The position numbers and the translations under genes were made by a program. DNA of 63,703 bases, the filler included, from Basidiobolus meristosporus CBS 931.73 (taxonomy: Eukaryota; Fungi; Basidiobolomycota): the NCBI GenBank assembly GCA_002104905.1. It is 3 parts of 3 records of this genome, joined end to end, with 100 filler letters (N's around TTAATTAATTAA, not from the genome) between each part and the next. Parts side by side here need not be neighbours in the genome. Positions count along the whole stretch, not along the records: positions 1 to 23,328 come from MCFE01000967.1; positions 23,429 to 54,073 come from MCFE01000846.1; 1 more part is not named here. One strand, 5' to 3'. Numbering within the stretch: the first letter of the stretch is position 1; every line of letters begins with the position of its first letter. Of the stretch, positions 12,164 to 24,573 are shown in pieces. Under the pieces are notes generated by a model. It worked only from the letters and a program-made list of their open reading frames with translations. It was not told the DNA's origin and did no database searches.

Positions 12164-13541
12164 TTTCTTCAGGAGCCTCCGCTTTTCCCAGCCTCTCGAC
12201 CCCTTGTATTTAATATTTGTACTGTATGACAATGCACGAAAGTTTGCGGTTTCCTGCCGCGGAGAGACACCACCCGTATTTGTATGTATATTCAGTCTCG
12301 TTGTAAAGTTTTGCAAATATAGTAAATTCGAAATCAACAATGTAAAATCGTGGCTGCCACGACACCCAACAAACGCAATATCCACGTTGGAGTTGGGCCC
12401 TCTTTGGGCAGAGCAGTTCTTCTTGCTGCAAAGAAATGTGAACAGATACTCGATTCGAGAAAGAAAAAGGGGAACGAAAGCTCTTTGCACCCATATTAGC
12501 CAAGTGTTACGCCGGGGTAGGCGAGGGTCCTCCAAGCAGTCGGTTCGGCCTTCTTTCATTTCTGAAAAAGGTGGACAACTCATCCCTTGAGCAGTACTTG
12601 ACATCGTTGGAACAGAGCCTAGACCCTGGGCCACGAAGTTGCCAATGTACGATATTGACTGGATCATCAACAATGAGATATCATCTGGAACGTATCTATT
12701 CGCCACCCTGGGTAATTAGCACAATGGCCGATTCGGAGGATTAGGTGCAAAATAGCACATTCAGGATACGATCTGACCCAATTTCTAACTTTGTACACTC
12801 TATTATATTAGCTGGATCCAGGGTCCAATTGGAACCTCGTATCTGGGAAATAGGCACACATGAGATCTATTAAGCAATCACCCGCGTAGCCAATCATCAA
12901 GTGCTCATGAGGACATATGCTTAATCTTATTGTTGATCCAAGCTTCAACACAATTGGGTCATGTCATGAGATTTAATGCTTCATTGCCGTGTTGTTGCTC
13001 TCTAGAATGGTCCCACCACGCATATCTGTTGATTTCTGAGGAATCTATCGGATTCGTGAATACTAAAATCCCAGGTGTTTCAACTCACCCTCTTATCCTT
13101 GCTTGTCTTCACCTGGTGTGCGTTATTGTATCTGGTTGCATGGTGCACTACTTTGTCAGTAGCCCATTTTCTAACCCTCTCCCCAGGCTGCACCCTGTTC
13201 TGTACTTACCTCATAATCATTAAATATTCTATAGGAAAGTAGCGATTAATTGTTTCCATCTTTCCTAGCAACAACATTTGGTTAAGGTTCTATCAGAGCT
13301 CTATTGCCTTTGAGACTGTCTTCCCTACTCCTTGTTACATCACTTTAACGAATCATTCCTACGTTGGAACTTGTCACGACACTTCCTCCTCCTCATCGTT
13401 GGTCCAGTGATAGTGCCTACCTAGTTTACCCACCTTCTCTAATCCTCGCTGGCTTTTATAGATTCGACCTTTCTTGAACCTTCATAGGTTGAGCCTCTCC
13501 TTTCGGTGGCTACTTAAAGATTCGTAGAAAATATAGAGAAA

Positions 13542-15626
13542 ATGTTAAAAGAACATCTCAATCGGCCCAAACGTGGAAAAGAGCTGTGGAGCAGTATGAA
13601 GAACACTCTCCATTCAAGGGTTCGCAAAACCTCCCTAACCACTGACCCAGAGGTGTTTCCTTCAGACGGAGATGAGTTGAGTATACAGTCCCTTTCTCCC
13701 TCTCCAAATACCGAACGCAGACGTTCCGGTTCCTTCGTAAACAAGCTCAAAGTCTGGATAGGTTCCTCACCAAACAGTCCTAACAACACTCCACCTCAAA
13801 GTGCGAATACGACGCCTACCAAAGGCGGAGTCAACCCAAACAGTTTCAAAGCAGCTAATCTAATACCGTCGGAAACCGAACCTAATCTACTAACCACCTC
13901 CATCGCGGAGCACGAGTCGCTGCAGGAATGCTCAACTCAAGCACTCAGAAACAGAAGCAAAAACTCTCTTACTATAGACACGAGTGAGGCTACTCTGGCC
14001 ACCCTTTCCCCGTCATCCGAATCAGCGCTTTACAGCCCTATATCCGATGATGAGCCGCATTCATTGTGGAATAACATCCATCAGGCGATTGATCGTGGTG
14101 ATCGCACAGCGTTATCAAATATCTTCATCACACGGAATCCCTCGTCTGTGTTACAGGTCCTCCTTACCTTTTCATATTTAAATCACGACAAGATTTATCG
14201 CCACGAGCCGGAGATCATGCAAGACGCCGACGAGTTGCTAGGGAAGTCGGTGGAGAACCTCAACTCTTTGCAAATAGCGTGCATGCTTGGGGATGAGGAG
14301 CTCGGACTTGACATCCTTCAATATGTTGCACACGAGTCCGAGAAGATGGATGCCAAAAAGGTTCTCTACGAGTTCATGTCTAGAGTCTGGGGGGGTGGGA
14401 ACACGGCCCTGCATTTGGCTAGCTTCCTTGGAATGGCGGATCTGGTGAAGAAACTCCTCGACTTGGGCGCCAACACTAACAAACGAAATGATAGAAAGTA
14501 CAAACCGGTCGATTGTGCGGACGATGATGAAACCAGATCCTTGTTCATGAATCTTTATGAAGGTAAATTCCATCCACACCTTCGAGTTCGATGAGCCATC
14601 TCTAATTTCATTTCTCCCAGTGGTTCGATATCCGCTCAAAAGAACGTACTCCGTGGATGAAGCTTATGCTCGCAGGCGACGAGAACAGTCATCCGGCAAG
14701 GCAGCCTCGATGGGCCCCGCAGGAGGCAAAAAACTTGGCCTATCAAGGGAGACGGAAGGAAGCCTCGAAGTCAAAAAACTATCATCCTACCAGCACATCA
14801 AAATCTCCGCAAACTTTAATCACAAGTCTATCAGCAACTCACTTATATCGTCCCCCAGTATGGAAAGTATCGCCGGCGAGTGTGATGGACAGGAGAAACG
14901 TAGAAGCCTTGGGCCCCGGCCCAAGCTGGGGAAGAAGAGTGTGTCGTTTGACCCTTGTACCTTATTGGCTAGTAGCGCGCGTCTCGGTGATCTCAGTGAC
15001 GTCAAGCGAGTGCTGGAGGAAATTCATGTCGATGGCATGACTCCAAACTATCAAACACCACATAGTCTCCTTTCACCTCTACACCTTGCTGCCAGCTACT
15101 GCCATCTGGAAATTTGCCAGTACCTTGTATCCGTTGGAGCGGATGTCAACATCCAGGACGCTGAGGGTTGGACTCCGCTGCATTGTGCAGCAGCAGAAGG
15201 CCACATCAAAATCATACAGTTTCTTCTGGATGTAGATGGGGTCGACATCAACATCCTGAACGAGGATGAGGAGAGCATCGTTGATGTGGCCGAGGAAGAT
15301 ACCATTCGCGATTACTTGGAAGGTAACCGACCTGACTGACCTACCAGACTGTTGCTATGTACCTATTTGAACCAAATCAGTAACTATTTCTCTTAACGCC
15401 CACAGAGCAACTTCGGCACAGAGACACGGCATCGACCCGCACAGACTTTTCCCACAGCACTGATGCGGAGTATGAGCAAGAGAAAGACCGTGTCAGTGAT
15501 CGCTCCAGTGCTAGCGAGAACCGATACACTGGAGCCCGAGCCCCATACTCCTTGACAAAATCCAGCCTTCAGAGGAATCGGCTCGGCTACATGGTGAAAT
15601 CCAGCGAAGTGGCATCGCATGGTTAA
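13542..15626 (+). CDS. Ankyrin-repeat protein with KSVSF (RVxF-type) motif; putative protein phosphatase 1 regulatory subunit; exons ~13542-14562, 14621-15322, 15406-15626
   Basis: Ankyrin motifs GNTALHLASFLG, SPLHLAASYCH and GWTPLHCAAAEGH; in-frame GT-AG introns. Confidence 0.88.
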
Positions 15627-16645
15627 CGCTGGGACTCGTTGTGGCGTGGCCAGGGGACTCCATCACCCGAGTTAGCGTATGAATAGCCTTGGCACTGAAT
15701 TTTGAGCCATCTCTTCATTCAACCCATGGAGACCAGTTCATGTAGCAGCCTCTGGTGCATACATTATTTTAAACATACCTCACGAGATCCCTCCCTTTCC
15801 AGCACAATGCTCTACTCTGCCTTGATTTCCATTTTTATCCAACGACTTCACATGTGTATATTCCCCATATGGGTCACCATTCACCCTTTCTGAATCCACC
15901 TCTTCGAGATTCATCAATAACAATTCATATCCACTCTTGGTGTGTTCAGCCATTGGAAAAGTACCATGGATGACCCAGACTGGCTCAAATTCGGACTTGG
16001 ATAATTATTGAAAAACTCTCATTAAACACCTATTCAGTAACGACTCCCAACGGAGCATCATGTTGACGTCATCAGCACCAACCTCGAGAAATGTTGGGTT
16101 TCTATCAGCACTCAGCTTAATCCATCTCCCATATCCACCAAGTCTCTGCCATGACGGGATACACCTATAACCTACGCTAAGATCCTTTTTCTGCTGCGTC
16201 GTTACTTCAGCACATGGCTTGCTCGGCGGGATTTCCCGGTGTTACAGATGTGGTTTGCATTCCAAGGAGGCGAATTCCAATCCGATACCTTGGGCACGAT
16301 GATTGGCTGACAACCCAGAAACAGTCATCGAACCGAGACAATCTGGATATACCAAGCACAGCTAGCCCAACATCAGATATGATTTGGAAGAAAGTGGGTG
16401 GGACACCTGATCAACAACCGTCGTTCCCCATCACAACGCGGACTGTCAAACTTTGCGTCAGAAAACCAGGGTTCAAGTTAGTCGGTGGTGTACAAGGTGC
16501 AATGGCGATCGAATGTCAGGTATATGATGGTTTATTTGGCAAGTACATTTCATGATTTGTGGTATTCAACATTTGGTATAGATACAGGGGCATGAGGTGA
16601 ATCGGTTGTCGGGGTTTCGATGGGTTTGCAAAATACAGAATGAAG

Positions 16646-17279
16646 TTACATGACAGACACTGAAACGTCGCATTGGTTACACAAACACCAGGCGGATGCG
16701 GTGGTACGCCCGGAAGCATCCTTGCTTGGGTAACAGTCCTCAGACCAACGATGAATCTTGGCGGATGCAGTTTGGCACAGTCCAGCACAGCGCTAATATG
16801 GATTTCATTAGTCTACTATCTACCAATTAGTAGGGAAGTTTGATCTTACAGGTCGGTGTTGCTGGCAGTATGCATTGACGTCGCCATCCTGAATGACCAG
16901 GCTGGTGATGGAAGCCTTGGTAGTCTTGGCGGTGGGGATGTCCTTCGTGGAGAGCTCGGTGAAGTCCTGCCCATCACCACACTTGCATTGCAGATTCAAG
17001 GTGGTGGTGTTCGGCTGCTGATCACAGGTCAACTTTCCAATCGGGGCGTTTCTGATATTACCACAATTCGATCCACAATTCAATCTAAATAAAGTTTTGT
17101 GAGTAGCTGTCACAGTGCTAGGAAGTAGCTGTTCCTTACTTGTAGATGTAGCAGTAGACGGAGGCAGCGTTGGCATCGGTGGTGATTTGGTAAATCTTCT
17201 CTTGTGGGCCAGCAGGAGCAGCAAAGGCATTTGTAGCACACAGGGTCAATCCAAGGAGAGATAGAATAGCTTGTTTCAT
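16646..17279 (-). CDS. Small secreted cysteine-rich protein (~173 aa) with two tandem 6-Cys modules; exons 17279-17140, 17084-16850, 16792-16646
   Basis: Signal-peptide-like MKQAILSLLGLTLCATNAFA. Two GTAAG...TAG introns join one open frame. Not recovered intact in the ORF track. Confidence 0.85.
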
Positions 17280-19743
17280 GGTAGTCGGTTTGTTGAGAGT
17301 AAATTGATGTTTCTGCTTCGGATCATCCGCTATTTATACAATTGTGAGTGTGGAGATACCGCCGAGTTTTCTAGGATACCTTCGATGGGCCACGAATGGA
17401 TCGAAAGTGAATCACTTGATTGTTTTCCATTCGCTAATGATCATAGACCTGATGTAATGCTTAAAATAAAATTGGCATATTAAGTGTTAGTAGTTCTTAA
17501 TTCGATCCACCATCCTTTCCATAAACAAATGTCAAGCCATTGCAACAGTCAAGGCGATTCGCCCACCTAAAATAGACCGAGCTATTTGTCACCTAGGTCA
17601 ATAGAGGACAGCTGGTAGCAGGCTCCTATTGTTGGGCTTGGCCAGGAGTTTCTATGAATCAAGATTCATCTGAGACCTAGAGCATCATTTCCTATTTCAC
17701 ACATAATGGCCTATTCATGGAAACGGTGCATATGTAAATCGACGTTCGGGGTAAATTCCAGGGCGATTTGGGCACAACAATCAGCCTCGACATAAACGTC
17801 GGCCTTGCTAATCGTGACTTGGAATTTTGACAAGAACAAAAATATGATACAGTATGCTCAGTGGCGCACCAGTCACATGCATACTCTTCAATCCAAAAAA
17901 ATTTCACACTTACTTTCAACAGCCCCAATTGGCCAAGGGCACTACCGTTTCTTCGCCAAAACTGGCTGTTCTAATCCCAATCTTCCTTCCGATCGCGATC
18001 AGAAAACACATTAGGCAAATGTCGAATTGGCTTTTTGGTAGAGGATTGGATGTTGGATCTAATCAAGGGTTCAGTGGATACGAGGCGGGTCGCACAGATG
18101 AATCATCCTGGAACGTAGGGGACAAGGGCCAAGAACGTTGATTCCATCGAGGAGCTCACTCGAAGACTTGGGAAGTAGCCTTTTTCGGTGTCGATAGGAC
18201 CAAAGCCCAAGGTGCGAGTGCTGTGGTACCCACCCTCACACCTGTGACACATGATAAGAAAATCCCGTTGCATATCTCTCGCATCATACGTTTGTGGCGG
18301 TTTACCATCAAATGCCGTTCAAATAAGCCATAACCTTGTGAGTGGAACACAATCCCCCCTATGCCAGAATGAAGGACTTTACGTCATATTGTCACTTTGC
18401 ATTCCAAGTCTCAAGAATTGAAACTAATGAAAGTACAAGTAGCCTTGAACTGGCGCGATGAACATATCGGATAGCCTTCATCACTCACATTGATTGGAAG
18501 GAGGTAAGAAGAGGGGCACAGTGTTTGCTTGGAATTGTTTCGCTTCGGTCAATATAGAAATACGCCACATGTTTGCTGAGCGAGGTCCATCTGATTGGAT
18601 AGGCACTGGATTTTTGTCAGTCATGACCATTGTTCCACTATGTCGGTCAGGATTTTCTTATCCCGCTTCAGTCATTTTGCAAAACCGCTCTCTGCAATGG
18701 GATTATAATATGTGTTGGTAATACAGAGTACAGTAGCCTCCCAATAAGCCCTGGATGTCTGATAATTCGGCCATTGGATGGAAAACATCTCAAACCATTC
18801 AGAAATCCCTGAGGTCACGAAATACCATTGCCAGACGCTCCAGGATTGGACGGTTTCACCTCTAACCGTAAGCCACAATTGTCTGAACGTCAGGCTCAAG
18901 GGGTTGCTGACCGCTTGATTCCCCCTACGGATCTCTGGGAATCTCCGAGGGAACCAAGCACACCCCGGGCTTAGCAGGTGATTTCTCCAGATGTTGACGG
19001 ACTCCATGGTAAACCAATGCTGCACTGAATACCGCGTGGTTCATCAACATTACCGCATATCACCACTAAGCCAGGTCTGGAAATCGTCCTGCACATAGCA
19101 CCGGGAGGGAGGTTCGATCTCCCTGGATTTTCCCTTGACTCCTTCATGGAGACGTCGCTAATCCGACCTTGGCACTTAGGCGTAGCAGTGGGTCGACCTG
19201 CGGATTTTCAAATATACTCACGCTTTACTCCAAATCAATAGGGACAAAACCCGTTTTTGTGCGGTCCAGACAAATACCACTTGGCTACCTACGGGATCGG
19301 CTATCACTGCATAGAATCAGGCCAACGATTAGAGTGGTGGGCCGTTGTGCTGGATGTTGAATAGAGATCCCTACTTGGGCTACCAAACGCTCAGCACCAA
19401 TCGATCCAGGATCCATTTAGGTAATGCACGCAAGGGATTCACAACCATCTCTGTTGCTTAAAATTAGTCTCTGCATCTGGTGAATCGCGAACAAATCGAA
19501 CAATGGGAACTGTGCTTATGAAGAAAAGAGATTTGGCAGATTGTACAATCCTCCTCATGGATGTGCAACAAAATCGAATTCCTCCGAAGCCGGACGAGCT
19601 GGAGCGAGTACTACGAAATCCTCCCTCCATTATTCATCTGGCAAACGCTACGGTCCGCCGGTATATATAATTTCGCGCTGGCGCGCATGGACTTCACTCA
19701 TTACAGTTTTAGTTCATCCTTCTTGGTTCTTTTATCAGAAATC

Positions 19744-20735
19744 ATGCTCTTCACTAGCCGATGCCTTCTATTCATTAGCGTGCTTAGTGGGCTTGGCTTG
19801 GCCCAGGACTCCGGACCTAACATCATCACTGAATGTGTCAAACCCGGCTTGTTCGCGCTTACTTTTGACGATGGTATTGCCACTTAACCTATTCGCCACA
19901 CATGAAGCACTCGTTGAGTAACCTTGTGATGTTTGTAGGACCGGGGCTAGCTACTGGTGACTTACTGGCCATCCTAAAGAAGAAGAAGGTCAAAGCTACA
20001 TTTTTCTCGCTCGGTATACAGGCAAGAGACATCAGCATAGGAAAGTACCTGAAGCAAGCCCTGGACGACGGCCATCAGGTTGCTTCCCACACTGATCGCC
20101 ACCTTTCCTTGAATACCTTGACCGTAGAGGAGATGAAGGAGGAGATGAAAACCGCGGAGATCTCGATCAAACAAGCCACCGGGGTAGTCCCGGTTTACAT
20201 GCGGCCACCGTATGGCGATTGCAACCCAACTTGCCAGGAAGTCATGAAAACTCTGGGATATCAGATCGTCGCTTGGAATGTAGACTCCAACGATTGGCAA
20301 TACGTTGGCAATCCCGAACGTTACGATTCCCTGGTCAGCAATATTGTCGAGAAGGTCGGCCCCTCTAATCCTAAAGTGGATAGCTTCATCTCGTTACAGC
20401 ACGACATCCACGATTTCAGCATCGAACGCACCTCCAAAATCATCGACATTATCAAGGAGAAAGGCTACAAATTCACCACAGTCGCTGAGTGTCTAGGAAA
20501 CCAATGGCCTATGTATAGAAACGCATCAGCCAACCTCGCCAAAACATCCACCGTTGATCCTGCCACTAAGACCAGCTCAACCCTCGCGACGCCCACCAAC
20601 ACGGCAACCACTGTCGTCGCACAAACAGAAGTACTCAAAGCCACCCCGTCGAACAGCCTGAAAAGTGGCAGTAGCCAACTGAAGATGTGTTTGCACCTCT
20701 TCACCTTAACCTTCCTAGTCTTGATTTCCCTGTAG
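19744..20735 (+). CDS. Chitin/polysaccharide deacetylase (CE4, NodB domain), secreted and probably GPI-anchored; exons 19744-19873, 19939-20735
   Basis: All five CE4 motifs are present: TFDDGP (spliced), HTDRH, RPPYG, DSNDW, LQHD. N-terminal signal peptide, Ser/Thr-rich tail and hydrophobic C-terminus. Confidence 0.95.
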
Positions 20736-21102
20736 AGGAACCGGCGGCCGCCGCCAGGGGATTTCTACCTCGCAAACCATCCCCCTCGAGATACCAATTC
20801 AATGGATTCCCCCCCCCCCCCGAGCATCTCACGTACCTTTGTTCGGGGCTTTATGCCCATCCCTCACTTTTCATTCAACACCATAAACCTAGGAGGCCGG
20901 AATTTTTCTGTTGGCGGTATGTTGGCCCCTCCCCTATGCCCCCAAAATAAACCCAGATGCCAGCTTGGCATCTGCTAGCGAATCGACTCGAACCATTCGA
21001 ACTAAAGAGAAATATCCGGCCTATCCGGAGGTTTTTTATTTCTAATTAATGACGGTACTATATATACATCAATAAATCATGGTTTCCTTCAGCCGGATCG
21101 CA

Positions 21103-22409
21103 TCAGTTGGTGACAGCGTCGACTACTTGTTTCCAATCCTCCTTGCTCAAGGCCTCGGGATGCTTCTTCTGAAGACTAAGAATGACCGGCTTGAGGGCAG
21201 CTTTCTGGTCAGCCGAAAGGCTATCAGCAGATGAGGACAAGGTGAGGATGAGGAAAAGTCCCTGGAAAATCAATAGGTGAGTATCGCTACGATAGCCGAT
21301 GTTCGCCCGCCTGGAGGTTCTTACCTTTTCTGCGATAATTTCGTTGTCTTGGTCTTTGTCCAGACGAGAGATCACATCCTCGATGAGGCCGGATTTCTGA
21401 AGGTGGGCAGGAGTAATATACTCTTGTTGGACCAAAGCGTTGAGCAAGAAGATAGTCTTGGAAATCAAGGAGACATCGTTATCCTTGTTGAGAATGTTCT
21501 TCAAGATCTTGAAGCCGCCCTCAGCGGTGAATGCTTGGAAGCCGGGTGGGAAATGCTTGATGAGGCCTGATGAGGTGGAATTCCCGCGTTAATATATGGA
21601 ACACTACGACGTGGAACTTCTTTTCTGGTTACCTGATACACAGTACAAGGCTTTTGAACGAGCGGCAACATCCTCATCATCACGAAGCACGCGGAGTATA
21701 GGTTGCAAGCCATTGTTGTCCATAAACTATGAGACAAGGTGGTGAGTGGTGGATTTCTGGGAGAAGAATCCTGAATCTACTTACTGCTTTCTGTGCCTTT
21801 GGGTTGTTTTGAATGGCGGTTCCGCACACCCAGGCAGCGTTCATACGAAGGGAGGGATGTGGGGAGTCCAAAACCTCGATGAGTGGCTTCCAAAGACGCA
21901 TATTTTCCAAATCTAGAAGAGAAGTTGCGTTTGAGAAAAGTGCAACGACATACGAGAATATAAATGATCACACATACTCATGGCATTGTCAATTCCTTCA
22001 ATCAGCTATGGTAGCAAAGGATAGGTTTAGAATATGTTGCTGAAAAAGAAGGCGGAACCTTGGAACCTACCATCTCCAAATCATCAAAGGCGATCTCTTT
22101 AGCCTCTAAAGGTGTGTTTTCATCCTTAATAGCGGTCATGCATTCTAGAACATTGGAATATAAGAGCGAGTTCTTCAAACACTTCTACAAAAATATGTAC
22201 CCTTCATTCTAGTGGCATCGTCTTTGCCCAGGATGGCATCGATGATTCCAGGATCCTTAGCAATTCAGGTTAGTCGACGAATCATGCTTGAGTAAAGTTC
22301 ACGTTCGGCCACTTACAAGTTTTTCCATCTGCACAGGCTTAGATTGGGAGGGAGCATCTTCGCTCTCGGTAGCCTGGTTGACGATAGCCCATTGTAAAAG
22401 TTTGTCCAT
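21103..22409 (-). CDS. FES1: Hsp70 nucleotide exchange factor Fes1/HspBP1 (armadillo repeats), multi-exon
   Basis: MDKLLQWAI start, then DAILGKDDATRMK, AFDDLEMLIEGIDNA, LENMRLWKPL and AAWVCGTAIQNNPKAQ. Confidence 0.93.
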
Positions 22410-22686
22410 CTTTATGAATATTCAGAGAATAAAATGAACTCTACACGACCACATCGTGAGCACCTTTTATCATTAAAAGCAGTCCATTGTCGCATCAGTT
22501 TTTTTTTTCGAATTTCCAGATTCCTCCCGAATCTCGTGGAATTTCCCCGCTTATACGATATGCATGTTGATTAAAATTCGGCCTAATTTAATTTCTAAAA
22601 GCATCCAGGAGTTACCGGAAACATCTACTGATGCCAGGACATTACCGCAAGCGCACAAGTTGCTCGATGCTTGTGGAAGTTGATGA

Positions 22687-23328
22687 TTAACAAGTAGAGA
22701 TTCGGCCGGACCATTTGGTCCAATTTGGACCAAATGGTCTAATTAAATACAATTGTTTTTTCTGGATGGGTGTCTTACTTTGTTTATTTCATATCATATT
22801 CTGATAAACAAGAATCTGAATATTTATTTTTTGGAGTTGTTTTGATAATTCGTCATATTCGTTTTATCTTTTCTTAAGACTTAAACCATGCCTCCTGCCA
22901 GTAAACATCTTGATGTTAATGTGCGTGTATCAGTATCCAAGCGATTTATCAAACATAAGGAAGTCAAACGACTTTTATCTCTGCGTTTTGACTGGAATAC
23001 ACCTGGTTTGAGCTTCAAGGGAGTTACCACTGCACGCTCAACAGTCAACGGCAATTTGAAATATGATGTGATTTTGGATCTGGTACCGGGGATTACATTG
23101 ACTCTTTCACAAAACTGTTTAAAGTATATCAAGACTAACAGTAATGATACCTTGGGAAACATTGAACCTGCAACTGCTAATACTACCGAGAGTATTGTTA
23201 CTAAAGACCTATTGGAGGATGCAATCCAAGAAGAGGAGCAGGAGGAAGATGAAATTGACCTTACTGCAGCAGACACCTGGATAACTGGGGAAGTATATAT
23301 TGATTCCCGTACAAGTGGGCCAGCTGAT
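22687..23328 (+). mobile_element. Possible left end of a DNA transposon (piggyBac-like?) with ORF 22888 running into the gap
   Basis: TTAA at 22687, a perfect 15-bp-arm palindrome at 22709-22739, an AT-rich leader and an intronless ORF with an acidic tract. No catalytic domain is visible. Confidence 0.35.
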
Positions 23329-23428
23329 NNNNNNNNNNNNNNNNNNNNNNNNNNNNNNNNNNNNNNNNNNNNTTAATTAATTAANNNNNNNNNNNNNNNN
23401 NNNNNNNNNNNNNNNNNNNNNNNNNNNN
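23329..23428. other. Assembly gap (100 bp) with artificial TTAATTAATTAA linker
   Basis: N run with an embedded six-frame stop linker. Confidence 0.98.
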
Positions 23429-24573
23429 CCATGTAACAGCTCCTATGCTGTCTGCATGCTTCATGGCTGGGTGGCTTGCTACAATAGCCACATGGTCTTT
23501 TTCTCTTCTCCTATGGCATTGAGTCAAAGTAGTCTTGTCCATGAGGCAAACAGTTTGACTTTAAACAATGTAATGCTATTATATCACTTTTTGGTCAATA
23601 CTCATGTAAATTTAAGCCAGTCTTGTATTTGAGATATTGCACCTACACAAGTGTAAGATTCAATGCTGACCTGCAATAGTATGCATTATAAATAAAGCTG
23701 TGGCACCACAAACACATGTATATGTAACACTATTTCCCCTTTGGTTTGACTCACTTCCATATATATGCCACCAAAAAAAAGGCAAAGTTGTCTGGCTTCC
23801 AACTAAACCCCACCGCTTATGGCAGCAGAAGAACAGCTGGACAACAGCTTGCTTTGACATTCAGTGCAACAAGGAGGCCTACATGCAAAAAAGGCCATGT
23901 TGACAGTGTGCCAACTGAAGGTAATAATATGGACTCCTCAGGCTCTCAGTTAAGTAGGCATTGAGAACCTCTGCAGAGCCAGAAGCTTAGGTGCTAGAAC
24001 TTGCAGTGCCAGCTGCAGACCAGAATGTATCAGAACCAGTGAATGAAGAGTGGCATCAAGCCGTTGGGTTCCCACTAAAGTTGTGGAACCAGAGTGTTAC
24101 AGCAGATATAATTACTGAGTGGTGGTTTTTAATGGAATTACTTGTTGAGTGTGGGGTTGGGATTAATGTTAGTGCGGGGTATAAGGACTTGTATAGGTTG
24201 ATACAATTGGCAATTGAGGTACAACTGAAGTTTCAATGGAATTAAATCATTTGCATGCATGAAAAGTAAGAGAAACATTTGGTTCAGGAAGTAAGGAGTG
24301 TGAAAAAGAGGCAATAGCCAATCAATGCACACAAATGAAGGAGGTGATAGTGTGTCTGCAATCAGAGAGTGGACAAATTGGCAGGGAACCAATCAAAAGC
24401 CACTTATATATTGTTATGATGAGAAATTTCAACTAAGTTTTTGTAAATCTGGTGTGCAATTATTGTTCAATGGTCTCTAGATGGTGTCCCAAAGGGATAA
24501 GTACCTCTTAGTCACAGGACTTTAAGTTTGTGACAGCCTTTTGATGGGATCATTACAATATCTTTTCATAGGG
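23429..24573. mobile_element. CMC element copy 3: promoter region, starts of both ORFs, large internal deletion, right TIR (TTTCATAGGG)
   Basis: Homologous to 5440-5960 and then to 44000-44024 plus 49955-50519. Ends TTTCATAGGG at 24573. Confidence 0.85.

Noticed and set aside
19101-19130. GGGAGGTTCGATCTCCC, resembling a tRNA T-arm or B-box
   Set aside because: The stem register is not canonical, and no D-arm, anticodon arm or acceptor stem can be built.
20955-20975. AGATGCCA-GCT-TGGCATCT hairpin between the convergent deacetylase and FES1 genes
   Set aside because: 8-bp arms are expected by chance in a window this size.
22410-22560. Possible heat-shock elements upstream of FES1 (GAATATTC, GAATTTCC)
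   Set aside because: Only two-unit or mismatched nGAAn arrays; not distinguishable from chance.
23373-23384. TTAATTAATTAA palindrome inside both N gaps (also ~54118-54129)
   Set aside because: Artificial six-frame stop linker added during assembly, not biological sequence.
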